A DNA stretch of 64,000 nucleotides from positions 89,714,001 through 89,778,000 of the forward strand of contig NC_135896.1 of NCBI RefSeq assembly GCF_964194155.1, in the 5' to 3' direction. The first letter of the stretch is position 1, and every line of letters starts with the position of its first letter. Origin of the DNA: Cetorhinus maximus. Taxonomy: Eukaryota. A program made the position numbers and the translations under genes. This document shows positions 59,800-64,000 of this stretch, piece by piece. A model generated the notes under the pieces. That model searched no databases. It had not been told where the DNA came from and saw only the letters and a list, made by a program, of their open reading frames with translations.

Positions 59800-60488
59800 T
59801 TCGGTGCCACATTTCAAATCACCACGACTAAAACTGACCTAGTTGCAAAACTAGGCCAGAGGATTTTGACCCACGCAAGTTTGTGATGCTAACATGCATG
59901 GAAACAAAAATGTAATTGTATTCTTCAAAGGATTACAGTGTCATGACGACTAGTGTTTCCATGGAGACAATCGCGACTAAATCCATTTTCCCAATACTTG
60001 ATTGCGGAGTGTTTCAGAACTGCACAGTATGACAAGATTAGTCAACACTGTGTGAGGAAACCATTGAACGTGTTACTTTGCTAACGTGTTTGACAACATT
60101 AATGGGTAGGCTACATGAATGGACAAATTTGGCGTTTTAAAATAAACCAACCTCTCATTCTTTCTGCAATACTTGGTTTTCTCAATACTCAAATTGTTTT
60201 ATAAATTCTCCAAGCTGGGAGGACTGAGTGCAGTTAAACTTTCAACTAAGTCCCATGTGGATCCAGTTCAGAAGGATGCCATAAAATTTAGCTTCTACCC
60301 AGTGGTTCTAAGGGTTCTAACTGAAATGAGTTTGTACAGTGTTGTCCCAAGTACCATTGAGTGCTAGCTGACATTATAAACTTATAGCACATAAAATCCA
60401 AACCGTAGAGCAACAAAAATAATCAAAAGGTTCAAAGTACTCCAGGCAAAATCAAGCAAATGGCTTTTGTTTGAGTTTTTACCAGGTA

Positions 60489-60925
60489 AAGAACTTGTAT
60501 TGCTATGGGACCTTTCATAGCCCTAGGGTGTCACAGGATGTTGCACAGTCAATTCAATACTGTTCAAGCCTAACCTCTGTCACAGAAACACGTAGCAGCC
60601 AATTTCCATACAGCAAGGTTGCAAAAAACAGTAAACTGAGAATGTTCAGTTAGCCTGTTTGACGATGTTGGTTGAAGGATAAATATTGGCCAGAACGCCT
60701 GGGATTATTCACCTACTTCTCTTTGATATACCATTGTATCACTTATGCCTATTTAAGGGGTCTCAGTTTAGCATTGCATCTGAAAACTAGCACCTCCGAC
60801 ACTGTGGCACTCCCTCAGTACTGCACTAGAGTGTCAACCTTGATTAGGCGCTCAAGTCAATGGAGATGGGCTTAAACCTATAGCCTTCTGATTCAGGCAC
60901 AAAAGTGCTGCCATTAAACCAAGAC
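60489..60925 (-). mobile_element. DeuSINE-type SINE
   Basis: Colinear with 41068-41465; GCACTCCCTCAGTACTGCACT. Confidence 0.75.
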
Positions 60926-61914
60926 TCCAATCCTTAAAGGGCTTTGCTCAGGGAGGGAGAAAAACGAAAAGATCCATGTGTCATTACTCCACAACAACGT
61001 CAACACCCATCATGCCATTGACTGTTTCTCATGTTTTTAAACAAATAAAATCAAGTTTCACCGAGAGCTTTTATCGCAGAAATTCCAATATAAATTCAGA
61101 TATGAAGTTGACGTATGCCCACAAGCCTAGTCATTTTATTTTTGATGCTATATATGTATTCTCCTGGTCATTGTAGAGTCCAGCATTCACTTTAGGAACA
61201 CAATGACCGGAAAGTTCTCAACACTCACTGTACTCCCTGACTGCAGTGCTGACTCACCAGAAAATTCCATTAGACTCTCACAGCGTCCGCTGAGCAGGCA
61301 GCATTTTCACACTCACCGTCTCATTAACTGCAAGCTGGCCCACATCTGAGTGCTTTTCCATTTACTCCCACGGGAGTGGATTCCAAGCGCATACACGGCA
61401 TTATACTTATTAACAGTTTGCCACCTGCAGCACGTCCCAGCTATGTAAAGGTGACCTTGTTCCATGTTGTGCTGTTGCCTTCAACCATTAATCACCCAGG
61501 GCAGCGTTGCAAAATGTGTCTGAATATGCTAATAGCCCATTGTCAAAAGTGAAAATACAGGAACAGTTCATCTCTACATCACACATACACCTCGGATTTC
61601 CCAGCAGGATGTCCAAGCTGGGAAGCCTAGTCTCTTGCAATCAAGATCAAGAAGCCCTTATCTGAGCTTATGGTTCTTATTTGCTGGCTTGAACTGTTTA
61701 AATTTTCAATGCCTGGATGTATTAGCATCAGCATCTTGAGATATATGCAAATTAAAGTGTATACGAATTCCAACTTTATATACAGCCATCAGGGACGCAT
61801 AACGTGCCCTTGCAACCTCTTAAAGATGAGCGTATTTTCAAAGCGGGTGTCAGGAACCCAACACCTGGATGAATTCTGCACCCCAATCCTACGCCTCAAC
61901 TGCGTCACTCTCGC

Positions 61915-62532
61915 AGCACGAATTTTGAATGTAAATGTAGTTGGCCAGGAGGCTAGCTCGCTGCCCAAATAGTGGTGCCAAGTGCCTCCAGGTAGCGGGA
62001 GCTGCCTGCCTGGCGCCAATGGCAAAGGCAGGCGGCAGCCATGTTAGAGCCTGCCACTGCCTTGCCAAGGAGAGCAGGTAGCTCCTCAAAGGGCCAGCAA
62101 GGGATAAATACTTGAGAATGATGGCAGGCAGGTCAAACCAAGTTAACATGCACGTTCAGGGGCAGATTACCCGAGGGCTCGATAAATTAGACCATTAGAA
62201 GAAATGCTTTCCATTGGCCTGGCAGCAACCCAATCAGCTGTGTACTAACATGTGACCAGGCTGTTCGGGTTCGCCAAAATAAACATTAAAAATTGCACTC
62301 CCGACAGCCCTAGCCTCTTAAAAAGCTCCTCAAGGAGCATAATAGGCCCTTCATTAGCAGTGAGTGGGTTCCCTATTCCCTTCCCACCCACCAACTCCCC
62401 CCCACCACTGGCACTTTCAAAATTTCAGACAGTCCCTGAGACATTGGAATCCTGAGGCAACCACGGGGGCTGTGATTATTAAATCATGCCCACACTGAGT
62501 CCCAAACCCACTGGCATTTGAAAATCTGGCCC
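61915..62532. mobile_element. Older Harbinger-like MITE
   Basis: GAATTTTGAATG...CATTTGAAAATCTGGCCC imperfect inverted ends. Confidence 0.5.
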
Positions 62533-62684
62533 AAGAAGTTTGAACACACCTGCAGTAATGCACAGCTAGTTTACCTTTTGCTTTTAACCATTTAGGGTTC
62601 TATTTTCCAATTACAAAATCGAGCAGCAGAGGGTGTTCCAAAAAAGTTGGCTCGGACACCACCAGCTGTAATTCCCCCTCCAAG

Positions 62685-62905
62685 CCACATGCCATCCCGA
62701 TTTGGAACTTTACTGACGTTCCTTCACTGTCACTGGTTCAAAGTCCTGGAACTGCCTTCCTAACAGCACTGTGGGTGTGCCTTCACCAGATGGACTGCAG
62801 CGCTTCAAGAAGGCGGCTCACCACCAGCTTCTCCAGGGCAATTAGTGATGGGCAACAAATGCTGGCCCAGCCAGTGACTCCACGCCCCATGAATGAATGA
62901 ATTAA
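62685..62905 (+). mobile_element. 3' end of a CR1-group LINE (probable SINE tail donor)
   Basis: SKSWNCLPNSTV..GLQRFKKAAHHQLLQGN*, then a tail ending in (ATGA)n. Confidence 0.75.
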
Positions 62906-64000
62906 GAAGAAATTCTTGCTCAGGTAATGTCACTGGACTAGTTATCCAAAGGCCCAGGCTAACACTCTGGGGCACTGCAACAGCTGGCAGAAAGAAAAAT
63001 GACCATTTTCTCCCTCCATATAACATGAACATACTTTAATGAATCAATAATTTCAGAACAGGATCCTGGGTTGTTCACTGAGAAGCCATTTCAGGCCTTA
63101 CGCTTGAGAGGAATTGACACAATGGCCTAGACTGAGAATGAAGAGAGTTATATGACGGCTATGGAGAAGGAACCTGCAAATCACAAAGATGGGAAATCTG
63201 ACCTCGGTGAGCTGTGGTCTCATTTCAAACAGGCAGCACTGCCGATGCCAACTTTATACAATCTATATTTCTCAGCCTGCAATGAGCTGAGAGGGTGAAA
63301 CCCAGATGCACATTTGGGGTACTAGTGTAGTTTTGTGTTGAGCCTCCAAGTAAGCCATCTTTACGCCTGTCAATTTGTCTGACTGTGCGCTTATGAAGCC
63401 CATTGGAACACTGTACCACACCTCAAGGATAATTCAGAATAACTTTCCAGGCAAGTGCGGAAATTCATGCCGGCTGCAGGCACCCTCCTGCCCCTGGGCA
63501 TTGATGGCAAAAAGGCGAACCACCACTTGTGGCCGATTAAGAGAGGCTGATTGGAATTTTCCAGACAGCGTGTGGGTCCCCCCAACAGGCAATTTTCCTG
63601 GAGGGTGGCCCCCAACCCCCAGCAACAGACCAGGGGGGTGGCCAGCAGTCCAGGCAGCTTTGAGGCACCCCCTGCCTGCCTGGCACAGCTGCAGTCACAG
63701 GCCGCCCTGTGCAGGGATTCCCCAGTTATTGCTGCGGCTGGTGTTCTCTGGCTGCTGTTGCCATTTTGAATTTAACACTTTTAAAAGTTGTAGAGAGGTG
63801 CCCTCCGTCTCTCTCTTACCTGGGCTGCAGGCTGTTGCTCCTTCTGAACGGGAGGGCCTTCTATTAGGCTTGCAACTCTGAGAACCTGCAGGCCCAACCT
63901 TTGGCCACCAAGCGGCCTATTCACTGTCGGATGGCTGTTTCCCACATAGTGCGGGGTTGTGACCCCCAGTTGACTCTGATGAGAGGTGAGGACCCAAAAC

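Noticed and set aside
63375-63881. 168-aa ORF
   Set aside because: Lies in GC-rich MITE-like sequence with no domain features.

Overview
Eukaryotic, repeat-dominated, apparently non-coding (intronic or intergenic) DNA. The repeat mix suggests a cartilaginous fish (shark); this is an inference. No intact protein-coding gene, rRNA, tRNA or CRISPR array is supportable, and the long ORFs are artefacts of two minisatellites. The window holds decayed CR1, L2, RTE and Penelope-like (PLE) retroelements, Gypsy-type LTRs (one with a tRNA-Pro-like PBS and a gag start), several tRNA-headed SINE families, and many non-autonomous PIF/Harbinger-like DNA elements (TIR ~GGGCAGAATTTT, 3-bp TSDs), often nested. 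The most notable observations are: (i) a ~690-bp Harbinger-like MITE family built from an ordered chain of internal palindromes, with nearby Myb/SANT and possible transposase remnants; (ii) minimal hammerhead ribozyme motifs in two PLE families; (iii) an unexplained 40-bp-arm hairpin; (iv) a local templated duplication that preserves a pre-insertion empty site; and (v) repeat-free, motif-rich islands that may be conserved enhancers. Family names come from recalled motifs, not database searches.
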